A stretch of DNA of 64,000 bases from Patescibacteria group bacterium (GCA_035480855.1 DATIHJ010000019.1:80096-144095), one strand, 5' to 3'; shown: positions 18,932 to 27,398, numbered from the stretch's first letter. The notes: generated from the letters alone by a model not told the origin. Translations and numbers: made by a program.

Positions 18932-19852
18932 ATGGAACCAAAAAAAGTTGCGTTCCAGGGTGAAGTAGGTTCGCACCATGAGGGTGTTACCAAACAGAAG
19001 TTCGCAGATGAGGATATTGAGATGGTTTATATGGCGAGCTTTAGTGATGTATATACTGCTGTCGCAAACGGTACCGTCGATCAAGCTATTGTTGCCGTAG
19101 GCAATACTAACATCACGTCAATCAGCGATTCAACTGACGCACTATTGACTGGTAGATTTTACGTACGGGATGACATTTTTTATGAAGTAAAGCATAGTCT
19201 GGGCGGTGTAGAAGGCGCTACCATTGAAGGAGCACGCGAAATTCATTCCAATGTGCACGCCCTAAGACAATGTACGGCATTATTCAAAAGACTGCCGGGA
19301 GTTCTGGCTGTGCCGGAAACAGACACAGCCAAAAGTGCTCGCCAAGTAAAGGCAGCAGGAGATGTAGGCATATTAGCGATTGCCAGCGCCGAGGCCCTTG
19401 AAGTAAACGGGCTTGTCACGGTTGAAGCAGATGTGCAAGATCCGCATAACTATACTCGCTTTATGGTTGTAGAAAAACTAAATGGCCAGAGACCCAGAGT
19501 TGGCCATACCAGAACTACTATGCTAATCACAATTAATAACACTCCTAAATCATTAGCGGATGCGCTGGCTGTATTCGGCGAAGACAACATAGATCTTTCA
19601 TTGATAGAAACTCCAGGTGTTACGGCAGGACACCCAAGGACAAGAGTCTTAGTTGAAGTAAAGGCGGGTCTATATAATCGCGCTATGCAATCCGCCATGG
19701 GTCGTTTAGTCGCAGATGGAACTGTTAAAGTCAGGTTTATTGGTAGCTACAACGGAGATGAATTGCCAGCAGGCGAATATAGTAGCGAAGAATGGGAAGA
19801 GCCCGAAACAAATATTAATATCGAAGAATTTGTCGCTTCCCTCGAAATGTAG
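18932..19852 (+). CDS. pheA: Prephenate dehydratase-like protein (PDT domain plus a divergent ACT domain)
   Basis: N-terminal KVAFQGEVGSHHE, the PDT signature ...NYTRFMVV, and a C-terminal ACT-like region with IETPG in place of the usual IESRP. Confidence 0.6.
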   Translation: MEPKKVAFQGEVGSHHEGVTKQKFADEDIEMVYMASFSDVYTAVANGTVDQAIVAVGNTNITSISDSTDALLTGRFYVRDDIFYEVKHSLGGVEGATIEGAREIHSNVHALRQCTALFKRLPGVLAVPETDTAKSARQVKAAGDVGILAIASAEALEVNGLVTVEADVQDPHNYTRFMVVEKLNGQRPRVGHTRTTMLITINNTPKSLADALAVFGEDNIDLSLIETPGVTAGHPRTRVLVEVKAGLYNRAMQSAMGRLVADGTVKVRFIGSYNGDELPAGEYSSEEWEEPETNINIEEFVASLEM

Positions 19853-19857
19853 CAAAG

Positions 19858-19886
19858 TTGCTAGAGAGCAATATCCGTGATAAAGT
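19858..19886 (+). promoter_or_regulatory. Promoter TTGCTA-17 nt-TGaTAAAGT, 7 nt upstream of mini-ORF ATG 19894
   Basis: -35 at 19858-63, TG at 19878-79, -10 at 19881-86. Confidence 0.45.
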
Positions 19887-19893
19887 ATCCTTC

Positions 19894-19971
19894 ATGTCAA
19901 ATACGACAATCCAAAATTCAAACTATTGGTTTACAGACACTGCTCGTGGCGGTTTGCTCCATATGTTTTAA
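19894..19971 (+). CDS. Candidate leaderless leader peptide, 25 aa (MSNTTIQNSNYWFTDTARGGLLHMF) with consecutive Tyr-Trp-Phe codons
   Basis: Hand translation. TAT-TGG-TTT at 19924-32. Contains the antiterminator strand GGCGGTTT (19948-55). Confidence 0.45.
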   Translation: MSNTTIQNSNYWFTDTARGGLLHMF

Positions 19972-19992
19972 AAAATTTAGAACCTACCGAAT

Positions 19993-20016
19993 AAACCGCC
20001 ACTCAGGCGGTTTTTT
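19993..20016 (+). terminator. Intrinsic terminator AAACCGCC-ACTCA-GGCGGTTTTTT (stem identical to the one at 18891)
   Basis: 8-bp stem (19993-20000 / 20006-13) plus a T tract. SD AGGAGG and ATG 20038 follow. Confidence 0.75.
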
Positions 20017-20037
20017 AATACAATATAGGAGGAATTA

Positions 20038-20235
20038 ATGTCAGATAGAATAAAAACTGACGGACCTTCGGAGGAAGAGGCAGCTGCCTTTTTAAGGAAA
20101 AGTGGCGTAGAGAGAGGTCCAGACGAATTTCGTACTGCACTACATATCGCTAGTTTGTTAAGGAGTACAGGCAGTCCAGCAGAGCCGAGGACAGAGCAAA
20201 CTGATGTAGCTGAATCTATAGATGAACCTAGTTAA
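20038..20235 (+). CDS. Hypothetical acidic 65-aa protein
   Basis: Strong SD AGGAGG 7 nt upstream. No recognisable family. Confidence 0.45.
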   Translation: MSDRIKTDGPSEEEAAAFLRKSGVERGPDEFRTALHIASLLRSTGSPAEPRTEQTDVAESIDEPS

Positions 20236-20252
20236 CAACAGGGTTTATAGGA

Positions 20253-20258
20253 TATAAT
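20253..20258 (+). promoter_or_regulatory. -10 box TATAAT 8 nt upstream of the trpS ATG (leaderless geometry)
   Basis: No SD between the box and ATG 20267. Confidence 0.4.
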
Positions 20259-20266
20259 TACATTCA

Positions 20267-21298
20267 ATGAGTAAGCAGGTAATTTTGACAGGGCTTAGAG
20301 CCAATAGTGAGTTTCACTTAGGTAACTATCTTGGTGCCATTTTGCCTATGGTAGATGTGCAAAAGAAACATGCCGGGGATTACCAGCTGAATATGTTTGT
20401 CCCAGACCTTCACAGCTTCACTACACCAATCGACCATGGCAAGCTTTATCAGAACACTTTAGATAATTTAAAGGTTTTTGACGCAGCAGGCCTAGATATA
20501 GAAAATTCTGATACATTCATTTACAGGCAGAGTTACATACCAGCGCACAGTGAACTTGCATGGATACTTGACTGCTTTACTTATTTTGGTGAGGCAAGCA
20601 GAATGATTGAGTTTAAAGACAAGTCACAAAAGTTTGGTAATGATACCGTTAGTGTCGGCCAGTTCAACTATCCAGTACTAATGGCAGCAGACATTTTGTT
20701 ATATGGTGCGGAATGGGTTCCACTGGGTGACGATCAGCAACAGCATCTTGAGCTTGCCCGCGATCTGGGTATGCGTATGAACAATAAGTTTGGTGATTTG
20801 TTTGTTGTGCCGCGTGAATGGAAAAAGCAACTGGAGTTTACGGATAGGACTAGCGTACGCATCCGCTCGCTGCGAAACCCAGAAAAAAAGATGAGCAAAA
20901 GTGTGGAAGACCCCGCCGGCACAATTATGCTCAATGACAAACCAGACGAAGCCGTAAAGAAGATTATGAGTGCCACAACTGATTCTGTGGGATCAATTCA
21001 CCTGGACTGGGATAAACAACCCGGCATTAGCAATTTACTTCAAATAAGCGCTCTCTTACAAGGTCAAAACATGCAGGACACAGCTAAGGAGTGGGAAGGC
21101 AAGACAAGCTACGGAGAACTAAAGGAGCATACTGCTGAGCTTGTTAAAAAGTTTTTGTCGGAGCTGCAGCCAAAAGTAATGAGTATTAGCGAAGAAACTG
21201 TACTCAAAAAGCTGGAGCAAGACGAGGCAGCCATGACTAAAGTAGCCAATGCCACCTTACTAAAAGTTCAAAAGGCGGTGGGACTAAGGTCAGAGTGA
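20267..21298 (+). CDS. trpS: Tryptophanyl-tRNA synthetase
   Basis: Class I HIGH-type motif (FHLGNYLGA) and KMSKS. Confidence 0.93.
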   Translation: MSKQVILTGLRANSEFHLGNYLGAILPMVDVQKKHAGDYQLNMFVPDLHSFTTPIDHGKLYQNTLDNLKVFDAAGLDIENSDTFIYRQSYIPAHSELAWILDCFTYFGEASRMIEFKDKSQKFGNDTVSVGQFNYPVLMAADILLYGAEWVPLGDDQQQHLELARDLGMRMNNKFGDLFVVPREWKKQLEFTDRTSVRIRSLRNPEKKMSKSVEDPAGTIMLNDKPDEAVKKIMSATTDSVGSIHLDWDKQPGISNLLQISALLQGQNMQDTAKEWEGKTSYGELKEHTAELVKKFLSELQPKVMSISEETVLKKLEQDEAAMTKVANATLLKVQKAVGLRSE

Positions 21299-22188
21299 AG
21301 CGGTTTAAAGTAAGCAGCCATGATATAGGCAAGCGGCTAGATGTGTTTGTTGTTGAGCAAATGCCAACCCTCAGTCGCGCATTTGTGCACAAACTTTGTG
21401 ACCAAGGCAAAATGCTAGTAAACGACCAGCAGGAAAAGCATGGATATAGGCTTCGCCAAGATGACAAAATTGCCGTTAATTATGATTTGGCGCAACTGGG
21501 GCAAATTCCAAGCATAGACATACCAGTACTTTACGAAGACAAGGAATGCGTAGTTATCAATAAACCAGTTGGACTACTAACCCACAGTAAAGGAGTCTTT
21601 AATCCCGAGCCCACAGTAGCCACCTGGCTAAGTCAAAGACTGAATTCAAGTTTTACAGGATCAGACTCTGTAGAAAGTAATCAAAGAGATGGGATTGTGC
21701 ATAGGTTGGATAGGGCAACGTCTGGGGTGATGATTTGCGCCAAGACTCGACAGGCACAGTCATGGCTACAAAAACAGTTTTCTAGCCGTAAGGTTCATAA
21801 AACCTACATTGCAATCATAGAGGGTGCTTTGGAGCCAACAGCAGCAATTATTGATATGCCTATAGAGCGCAACCCCAAAAAACCACAGACATTCAGAGTG
21901 GGAGCAAATGGCAAGCCATCTATAACCGAATATGAAACTCTTAGCTCAAACGAACACTACAGTTTAGTAAAACTATCGCCCCAAACAGGACGAACACACC
22001 AACTGCGGGTACACTTGAAGCAGCAAGGTCACCCAATTGTCGGCGACACCCTATACGATGGCCAACCTGCAGAACGCTTATTCTTGCATGCTTTATCCCT
22101 TGAGCTGACACTGCTGAATAAGTCGCGCCAAACTTTTGAGGCACCCTTACCTCCAGATTTTGAAAATTTTATGAAAGATGAAGTATGA
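21295..22188 (+). CDS. rluD: RluA/RluD-family pseudouridine synthase with N-terminal S4 domain
   Basis: HRLDRATSGVM catalytic motif. ATGA-type overlap with trpS. Confidence 0.88.
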   Translation: MKRFKVSSHDIGKRLDVFVVEQMPTLSRAFVHKLCDQGKMLVNDQQEKHGYRLRQDDKIAVNYDLAQLGQIPSIDIPVLYEDKECVVINKPVGLLTHSKGVFNPEPTVATWLSQRLNSSFTGSDSVESNQRDGIVHRLDRATSGVMICAKTRQAQSWLQKQFSSRKVHKTYIAIIEGALEPTAAIIDMPIERNPKKPQTFRVGANGKPSITEYETLSSNEHYSLVKLSPQTGRTHQLRVHLKQQGHPIVGDTLYDGQPAERLFLHALSLELTLLNKSRQTFEAPLPPDFENFMKDEV

Positions 22189-23051
22189 AGTTACTGCTTC
22201 ACAAAAACACCAGCGCTGACATCAAACGTTTTTTAGAGCACCCTAAGCACGCTATGCTAATTGAGGGTTTAGAAGGTGTGGGCAAAGGAGCAGTTGCTGA
22301 ATATATTGCTGCTGAAGTATTAAAAGATTCTACAGAAAAACTTGGTATTTATCCATATTACTTACACGTCGAGCCGGATGGCACATCTATATCTATAGAC
22401 ACAGTACGGAATATCCAGCGCTTTATGCACCTCAAAACACTAGGTACTCAGGACCTACGCCGAGTATTAATTATTGAACGAGCACAGACAATGACTATAG
22501 AAGCGCAGAATGCCTTTCTAAAACTACTAGAAGAACCACCAGCAGATACTCTAATTATCCTAACTGCTATTAGCGCAACCAAGTTGCTACCCACTCTACG
22601 TTCACGTGTACAGACTATTCACATAAATGTGCCTGCTGAATCTGATATTCGGGAGTATTTTAACGAGTTAGGATTTGCAAAAGCAGATATAACTCGAGCT
22701 TACCACATAAGCCAGGGTCGTCCTGGCTTGATGCAAGCAGTTCTTCAGAAAGATAATACTCATGAGTTAGTTGCCCAGATTGAGAAAGCCAAAAAGCTGC
22801 TAGCAGAACCAGTAGCTAATCGTTTAGGAGAAATAGATGAACTAGCTAAGCAGAAAGAGTCGCTGGGCGAGCTTATGCATGCCCTAGAGCTTGTGTGTCA
22901 TGCAGCACTCGTCCAGGCTAGTGAGCGCCATCAAACTCCGCAGATTAAGCGCTGGCATAAGGCAATGGCCAGGTTAAGTAACGCCCAACAAGACTATGCT
23001 CATAACGCCAACCCTAAGCTTTTGCTCAGCGATCTGATGCTGAATTTGTAG
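22185..23051 (+). CDS. holB: DNA polymerase III subunit delta'
   Basis: AAA+ clamp-loader N-terminus (HAMLIEGLEGVGKG), SRVQ motif (LRSRVQTIHI). Confidence 0.8.
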   Translation: MKLLLHKNTSADIKRFLEHPKHAMLIEGLEGVGKGAVAEYIAAEVLKDSTEKLGIYPYYLHVEPDGTSISIDTVRNIQRFMHLKTLGTQDLRRVLIIERAQTMTIEAQNAFLKLLEEPPADTLIILTAISATKLLPTLRSRVQTIHINVPAESDIREYFNELGFAKADITRAYHISQGRPGLMQAVLQKDNTHELVAQIEKAKKLLAEPVANRLGEIDELAKQKESLGELMHALELVCHAALVQASERHQTPQIKRWHKAMARLSNAQQDYAHNANPKLLLSDLMLNL

Positions 23052-23055
23052 GCTT

Positions 23056-23064
23056 TGCTATAAT
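23056..23064 (+). promoter_or_regulatory. Extended -10 TGcTATAAT 7 nt upstream of ATG 23072 (leaderless geometry)
   Basis: TATAAT at 23059-64. No SD. Confidence 0.45.
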
Positions 23065-23071
23065 AGGCACT

Positions 23072-23725
23072 ATGTTTGAACTAGGTTTAGTACTGGGCTT
23101 TGGGCTTCTGGCAGTTCGTAGCGCCCAGGTTCGTGACGAGGAACTATCCGCCATTCCGCGCCGTATTAGCGACAAGCTAGGTAAGCTTTGGGACATAGCT
23201 CATCAGGGTATGCGCGAAAACCGTTTCCTGAGGGCTGAAAAGGCCTTACTAACCATCCTAAAGATAGACGAGCGTAATGCGGCGGCCTATAACCGTCTTG
23301 GCATACTCTATGCCAAACAAAAGGAATATAAAGACGCTATAGACTGCTTTGAGATAGCCAGCAGCATAGAATCCACACCTTCTAGCTTGCATAACCTGGG
23401 ACTAATTTATTACGAGACCGAAAACTATCAAAAGGCAGCCATAGCATTTGAACAGTCCCTTAAACTAGAAGACACCTATGCCGCCCGGCATATTGCCTAC
23501 GCCAAGGTACAAGAGAAGTTGGGAAACCAAAAGTTAATGCTTCAGGAATTAGAACGTGCTGCAGAGCTCGAGCCTAATAAAGAGACCTACAACTTGCTTA
23601 TCAAAGCCTACGACGATTTAGGTATGGCGGTGGAAGCTGACCAACTCAAAGACCGTTTAGCCAAGCTTGTAGTGCCAGCAGGACGCTCCAAACGCGTCCT
23701 CCGCCCTCGCAAGGTTGTTATTTGA
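23072..23725 (+). CDS. TPR-repeat protein with N-terminal membrane anchor
   Basis: Repeated AxYNLGxxY-type TPR units (AAAYNRLGILYAKQKEYKDAIDCFE...). Confidence 0.75.
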   Translation: MFELGLVLGFGLLAVRSAQVRDEELSAIPRRISDKLGKLWDIAHQGMRENRFLRAEKALLTILKIDERNAAAYNRLGILYAKQKEYKDAIDCFEIASSIESTPSSLHNLGLIYYETENYQKAAIAFEQSLKLEDTYAARHIAYAKVQEKLGNQKLMLQELERAAELEPNKETYNLLIKAYDDLGMAVEADQLKDRLAKLVVPAGRSKRVLRPRKVVI

Positions 23726-23743
23726 CCTCTGTTTTGCTACACT
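23715..23743 (+). promoter_or_regulatory. Candidate promoter for tRNA-Thr/tRNA-Tyr (TTGTTA-17 nt-TGcTACACT)
   Basis: -35 at 23715-20, -10 at 23738-43, 20 nt before the tRNA 5' end. Confidence 0.4.
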
Positions 23744-23763
23744 ACGGCAGTTAATTCAGGCGC

Positions 23764-23840
23764 GCCGACGTAGCTCAGTTGGTCAGAGCGGCTGTTTTGT
23801 AAACAGCGGGTCGTGGGTTCGAATCCCTCCGTCGGCTCCA
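23764..23840 (+). tRNA. tRNA-Thr (anticodon UGU), CCA encoded
   Basis: Cloverleaf folded by hand: acceptor GCCGACG/CGTCGGC, anticodon stem GCTGT/ACAGC with loop TTTGTAA, T-loop GGTTCGAATCC. One U-U mismatch in the T stem. Confidence 0.9.
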
Positions 23841-23852
23841 TGACATTAACGT

Positions 23853-23938
23853 GCAGGGTTAGTGAAGCGGTCAAACACAACAGACTGTAAATCTGTCGGC
23901 TTATGCCTTCGTAGGTTCGAATCCTACACCCTGCACCA
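23853..23938 (+). tRNA. tRNA-Tyr (anticodon GUA), long variable arm, CCA encoded
   Basis: Acceptor GCAGGGT/ACCCTGC, anticodon loop CTGTAAA, variable arm CGGCTTATGCCTTC. Aligns to E. coli tRNA-Tyr. Confidence 0.9.
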
Positions 23939-23952
23939 ATTTCTGGATATAA

Positions 23953-24501
23953 ATGCAAACTATAACTATCGTAACAGGCAATCCTGGCAAGGTCAGAGAA
24001 CTTCAGGCCATGGCAATGGGTAAACTTGACTTTAGAATGCATGATTTAGATATTGAAGAGATCCAAAGTTTAGACTTAGAAAAGATAGTAAAAAATAAAG
24101 CTAGTCAGGCATACGAACAAATAAAAGGACCTGTGATTGTTGATGACGTTTCCGCCGGACTGTCAAAACTTAAGGGGCTTCCGGGACCATTTATCAAATT
24201 TTTTAACAAAGAGATGGGTAGCGACGCGCTGTATCTATTGGCTGGGTCGGAAGATCAAGAAGTTGTGATTAACTGTATTGCAGCATATTTTGACGGCACT
24301 GACTTTGTTCAGGGTAAGGGCACAATATCAGGTAAAGTAGTCAGCCCTAGGGGAACAAACGGTTTTGGTTTTGATGCTGTAGTTATTCCGGAGGGACAAA
24401 ACAGAACTATGGCAGAAATGTCCGAGGAAGAAAAAATGAAAGTTAGCCATAGAGGTTTAGCATTTAAGGATTTATTAAAGCAGCTAGAGACTTTAAAATA
24501 G
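23953..24501 (+). CDS. rdgB: Non-canonical purine NTP pyrophosphatase (RdgB/HAM1 family)
   Basis: ITIVTGNPGKVRE N-terminus and SHRG motif near the C-terminus. Confidence 0.88.
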   Translation: MQTITIVTGNPGKVRELQAMAMGKLDFRMHDLDIEEIQSLDLEKIVKNKASQAYEQIKGPVIVDDVSAGLSKLKGLPGPFIKFFNKEMGSDALYLLAGSEDQEVVINCIAAYFDGTDFVQGKGTISGKVVSPRGTNGFGFDAVVIPEGQNRTMAEMSEEEKMKVSHRGLAFKDLLKQLETLK

Positions 24502-24568
24502 TTACTACAGTATAGATTACCCTGTACAATTAGCATTGTACTTATACTTTTGTTAGAGGAATAATATT

Positions 24569-25009
24569 ATGCCAATAAATGCAAATAGGGAAATACAAAA
24601 ATTTAAAACGGCCGAAGATAGAGCAGCGGATAAAATTACTAGATTTGCCGGTACGATGCATTTTGTTTACATACACTCCGTTTGGTTTGCTGTTTGGATT
24701 ATTATCAATCTAGGATTACTCGGCGCAGGGATAGTTTTCGATAAATTCCCGTTTGGGTTACTTACTTTGATTGTGTCCCTTGAGGCAATATTTCTTTCAA
24801 CTTTTGTTATGATTTCACAGAACAGACAAGCATTAGCAGCAGATATACGCTCAGAACTGGACTATCAAGTTAACGTCAAAGCCGAGAAAGAGATAGACCT
24901 TATCTTAAAAGCACTGCAGAGAATTGCCGAAAAGCAAGGCATCGGGGTAGGTGACTTACTTGGTGAGTTAAAAGAGATTCGTAAACTTGAGGGCGTGAAG
25001 AAGCGATAA
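24569..25009 (+). CDS. DUF1003-family membrane protein
   Basis: DRAADKITRFAGTMHFVYIHSVWFAVWI plus a second TM helix and a C-terminal coiled region, typical of DUF1003. Confidence 0.7.
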   Translation: MPINANREIQKFKTAEDRAADKITRFAGTMHFVYIHSVWFAVWIIINLGLLGAGIVFDKFPFGLLTLIVSLEAIFLSTFVMISQNRQALAADIRSELDYQVNVKAEKEIDLILKALQRIAEKQGIGVGDLLGELKEIRKLEGVKKR

Positions 25010-25121
25010 ATAGAGTACTACTATCATTTATAACCATACATTCATTTGTACTATTGAGGGGGTTTCTTTATTAAAAAAGGCGCATATAATCTAAAGTATA
25101 AACGCTACGAATGGAGGAAAT

Positions 25122-25538
25122 ATGCGCGGACCAATAGATTATATAATTGTTGGGTTTGAGGGTAACAAATTTGATGGTAGCGTTTTAAAGGCACTGGCGG
25201 AAGCGATAGACAAAGGTATAATTGCACTCGTTGCACTGAGCTTGCTTGTCAAAAACGAAAAAGGCGATACAGCGATCATAGACGTTGCTCAGTCAGGTGA
25301 TGAATTTATTGTCAACTTTGTAGAGAAATATAAAACAGAAAAAGATTTAATCACCCAGGATGATATTGATGAAGTTTCTGACTTACTAGAAAACAATACT
25401 TCTGCAGGATTGTTAATAATTGAGCAGTTGTGGGCAAAACCTCTGAAACAAGCACTTTTGGATGCTAAAGGTGTGTTGGTGGCCGAAGGCCGTATACATC
25501 CCGACGCAGCCGCAGAACTAACAAGTAAGGAGAAGTAA
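25122..25538 (+). CDS. DUF6325-like protein (uncharacterised family usually paired with SHOCT proteins)
   Basis: N-terminal GPIDYIIVGFEGNKFDGSVLKAL pattern. The family assignment is from memory. Confidence 0.5.
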   Translation: MRGPIDYIIVGFEGNKFDGSVLKALAEAIDKGIIALVALSLLVKNEKGDTAIIDVAQSGDEFIVNFVEKYKTEKDLITQDDIDEVSDLLENNTSAGLLIIEQLWAKPLKQALLDAKGVLVAEGRIHPDAAAELTSKEK

Positions 25539-25539
25539 C

Positions 25540-25788
25540 ATGGGTTTATTAAGAGGAATGGCTAGAACAGCAGTAATTGCCGGTACGGCAACCGCAGTAT
25601 CAAATAACGTATCACGCAGACAAGCCAGTCGTTGGGGGGCCACAGAGGAACAACAAGCTGCTCCAGCAACAACCTCTGGCAGTGATCCTATGGAAGACTT
25701 ACAGCAACTAGGACAACTACACGACAGTGGAGTCCTGACAGACGAAGAATTTGCAGCCAAAAAAGCTGAAATATTGCAACGAATGTAG
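25540..25788 (+). CDS. SHOCT-domain protein
   Basis: N-terminal GLLRGMARTAVIAGTATAVSNNVSRRQ and C-terminal SHOCT motif LHDSGVLTDEEFAAKKAEIL. Starts 1 nt after the previous stop. Confidence 0.75.
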   Translation: MGLLRGMARTAVIAGTATAVSNNVSRRQASRWGATEEQQAAPATTSGSDPMEDLQQLGQLHDSGVLTDEEFAAKKAEILQRM

Positions 25789-25834
25789 ACAGTTGTCATT
25801 TTATCGTTCTGTGTACGCTACCAATTCAGTTAGC

Positions 25835-25863
25835 TTGGTAGAAAGCTCTTAAACTGTTAAAAT
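25835..25863 (+). promoter_or_regulatory. Candidate promoter for tRNA-Thr(GGU) (TTGGTA-17 nt-TGtTAAAAT)
   Basis: -35 at 25835-40, -10 at 25858-63, 13 nt before the tRNA 5' end. Confidence 0.45.
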
Positions 25864-25876
25864 CACATCTGTTAAT

Positions 25877-25951
25877 GCCGACATAGCTCAGTGGTAGAGC
25901 ACCTCCATGGTAAGGAGGGGGTCCCGAGTTCAAGTCTCGGTGTCGGCTCCA
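25877..25951 (+). tRNA. tRNA-Thr (anticodon GGU), CCA encoded
   Basis: Acceptor GCCGACA/TGTCGGC, anticodon stem CCTCC/GGAGG with loop ATGGTAA, T arm CCGAG-TTCAAGT-CTCGG. Confidence 0.92.
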
Positions 25952-25972
25952 GTTGTAAAACTAATCCTTATC

Positions 25973-25981
25973 TGTTAGAAT
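25973..25981 (+). promoter_or_regulatory. Extended -10 TGtTAGAAT 9 nt upstream of the rpmG ATG
   Basis: TAGAAT at 25976-81. No SD before ATG 25991. Confidence 0.4.
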
Positions 25982-25990
25982 GGTCTGAAT

Positions 25991-26191
25991 ATGACTAAAA
26001 AAGGTGACAAGCGCAAAATTATTGGTATGGTGAGCGAAGACAGCGGTCATCGCCATTACTACACGACCAAAAATACTATGAATACCCCCGACAAGCTCCG
26101 CTTAAAGAAATATGACCCGGTAGTACGCAAACACGTTTGGTACAGCGAGACCAAGAAAAGCCTTGGCCGTAACGAAGTTAAACCTCGTTAG
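25991..26191 (+). CDS. rpmG: 50S ribosomal protein L33, cysteine-free (C-) type
   Basis: [34 protein letters not shown] aligns to L33. All four Zn-ribbon Cys positions are substituted. Confidence 0.88.
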   Translation: MTKKGDKRKIIGMVSEDSGHRHYYTTKNTMNTPDKLRLKKYDPVVRKHVWYSETKKSLGRNEVKPR

Positions 26192-27384
26192 ATTAATCTT
26201 TTTATAGCAATGGCTACAGCAGCCTCTTTTAGGCTGACTTTTTGTTTTTGGGAATAATTATAAATCTGTGTCGTAGCCCTAGCCAAGTACCGTTCCAGTT
26301 CTTTGTTTACTTCTATTTCATTCATACGCCTATTCTCTTTGTTCTGAACCCACTCTAAATAGCTCACAATAACACCACCAGCATTGGCCAGGATATCTGG
26401 TACCACAATCACTCCGCGGTTCGTTAGGTACTCATAGGCTTCGTCATTGACTGGCCCGTTAGCAAGCTCCACCACTATATCTGCTTGCACCTGCGCCATA
26501 TTGTTGTTCGTAACAGCTCCGTCCAAGGCAGCGAGCACTAAAACATCTGCTTTTATACCAATAAGTTCATCGTTTGTAATCATTTTCCCATGCCCGTAGT
26601 CCTTTAGAGCTCCGCCAGCTGACTTAAACTTATTCACTTCTTCGGCGTCTAAACCATCGAAATCTTTTATGCCACCTCTGGAGTCCGTGGCAGCTATCAT
26701 TGTCCACTGAGGTCTAAGCTGCGAAGCTGAGAGCGAAAAGAAAGAGCCAACATTACCAAACCCTTGCAACGCGTAAGTAAGGGGTTTGTCAGATCTACCT
26801 AATTTTTCTAGAAGTTCACGCAGTACAATCACACCACCGCGCCCAGTGGCGGTATCACGACCGAGACTCCCGCCTCGTCCCACTGATTTGCCAGTAAAGG
26901 CAGCATGGCTAGAATCACTAGTAATAGACTCAAACTCGTCTAGCATCCAGTCGATAACTTGGCTATTGGTATTTACATCTGGGGCGGGTACGTCTTTGTC
27001 TGGACCTATGTGCGGAGCAAGATACTTAGCATATTTACGGCTCAGTTCTTCTAGTTCTTCCTTGTCCAATTCCTTGGGATTAACCACAATACCGCCCTTG
27101 CCGCCACCCATTGGCAAGCCCACCGCTGCTGTTTTAAGGCTCATGAGTGTCGCCAAAGCACGGACCTCGTCCAAATCCACCTCGGGGTGAAAACGTATTC
27201 CGCCTTTATATGGTCCGCGCTTGTTATTGTGCTGTATGCGGTAGGCTGGGAATTTTTTACCGTTATCCAGTTCAATTTCAAAGCGGTGCTCAGCATTAAT
27301 TTTGAGCACATCGGCAATCTGTTTGTCAGACAAGCCTAGTTGTTTGCCAACCTTCTTAATCAAGGAATGTGTAGTTTCTAGCAT
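26188..27384 (-). CDS. Glu/Leu/Phe/Val dehydrogenase family enzyme, most likely glutamate dehydrogenase
   Basis: KGGIRFHP...[19 protein letters not shown] active-site region and GFGNVG Rossmann motif. Confidence 0.88.
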   Translation of the reverse strand: MLETTHSLIKKVGKQLGLSDKQIADVLKINAEHRFEIELDNGKKFPAYRIQHNNKRGPYKGGIRFHPEVDLDEVRALATLMSLKTAAVGLPMGGGKGGIVVNPKELDKEELEELSRKYAKYLAPHIGPDKDVPAPDVNTNSQVIDWMLDEFESITSDSSHAAFTGKSVGRGGSLGRDTATGRGGVIVLRELLEKLGRSDKPLTYALQGFGNVGSFFSLSASQLRPQWTMIAATDSRGGIKDFDGLDAEEVNKFKSAGGALKDYGHGKMITNDELIGIKADVLVLAALDGAVTNNNMAQVQADIVVELANGPVNDEAYEYLTNRGVIVVPDILANAGGVIVSYLEWVQNKENRRMNEIEVNKELERYLARATTQIYNYSQKQKVSLKEAAVAIAIKRLI

Positions 27385-27398
27385 AATAATTAAGCTAC

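Noticed and set aside
20038-20235. The 65-aa ORF upstream of trpS as a Trp leader peptide, or a T-box riboswitch upstream of trpS or cysS.
   Set aside because: The 65-aa ORF contains no Trp codon and is too long. No T-box consensus (AGGGUGGUACCGCG-like) or specifier-loop architecture is visible. cysS is coupled 3 nt behind nrnA.
23737-24042. 101-aa minus-strand ORF spanning tRNA-Thr and tRNA-Tyr, the similar 54164-54349 ORF over tRNA-Gln, and 27302-27490 over tRNA-Trp.
   Set aside because: They overlap hand-folded tRNA cloverleaves, which makes them artefacts of ORF calling.
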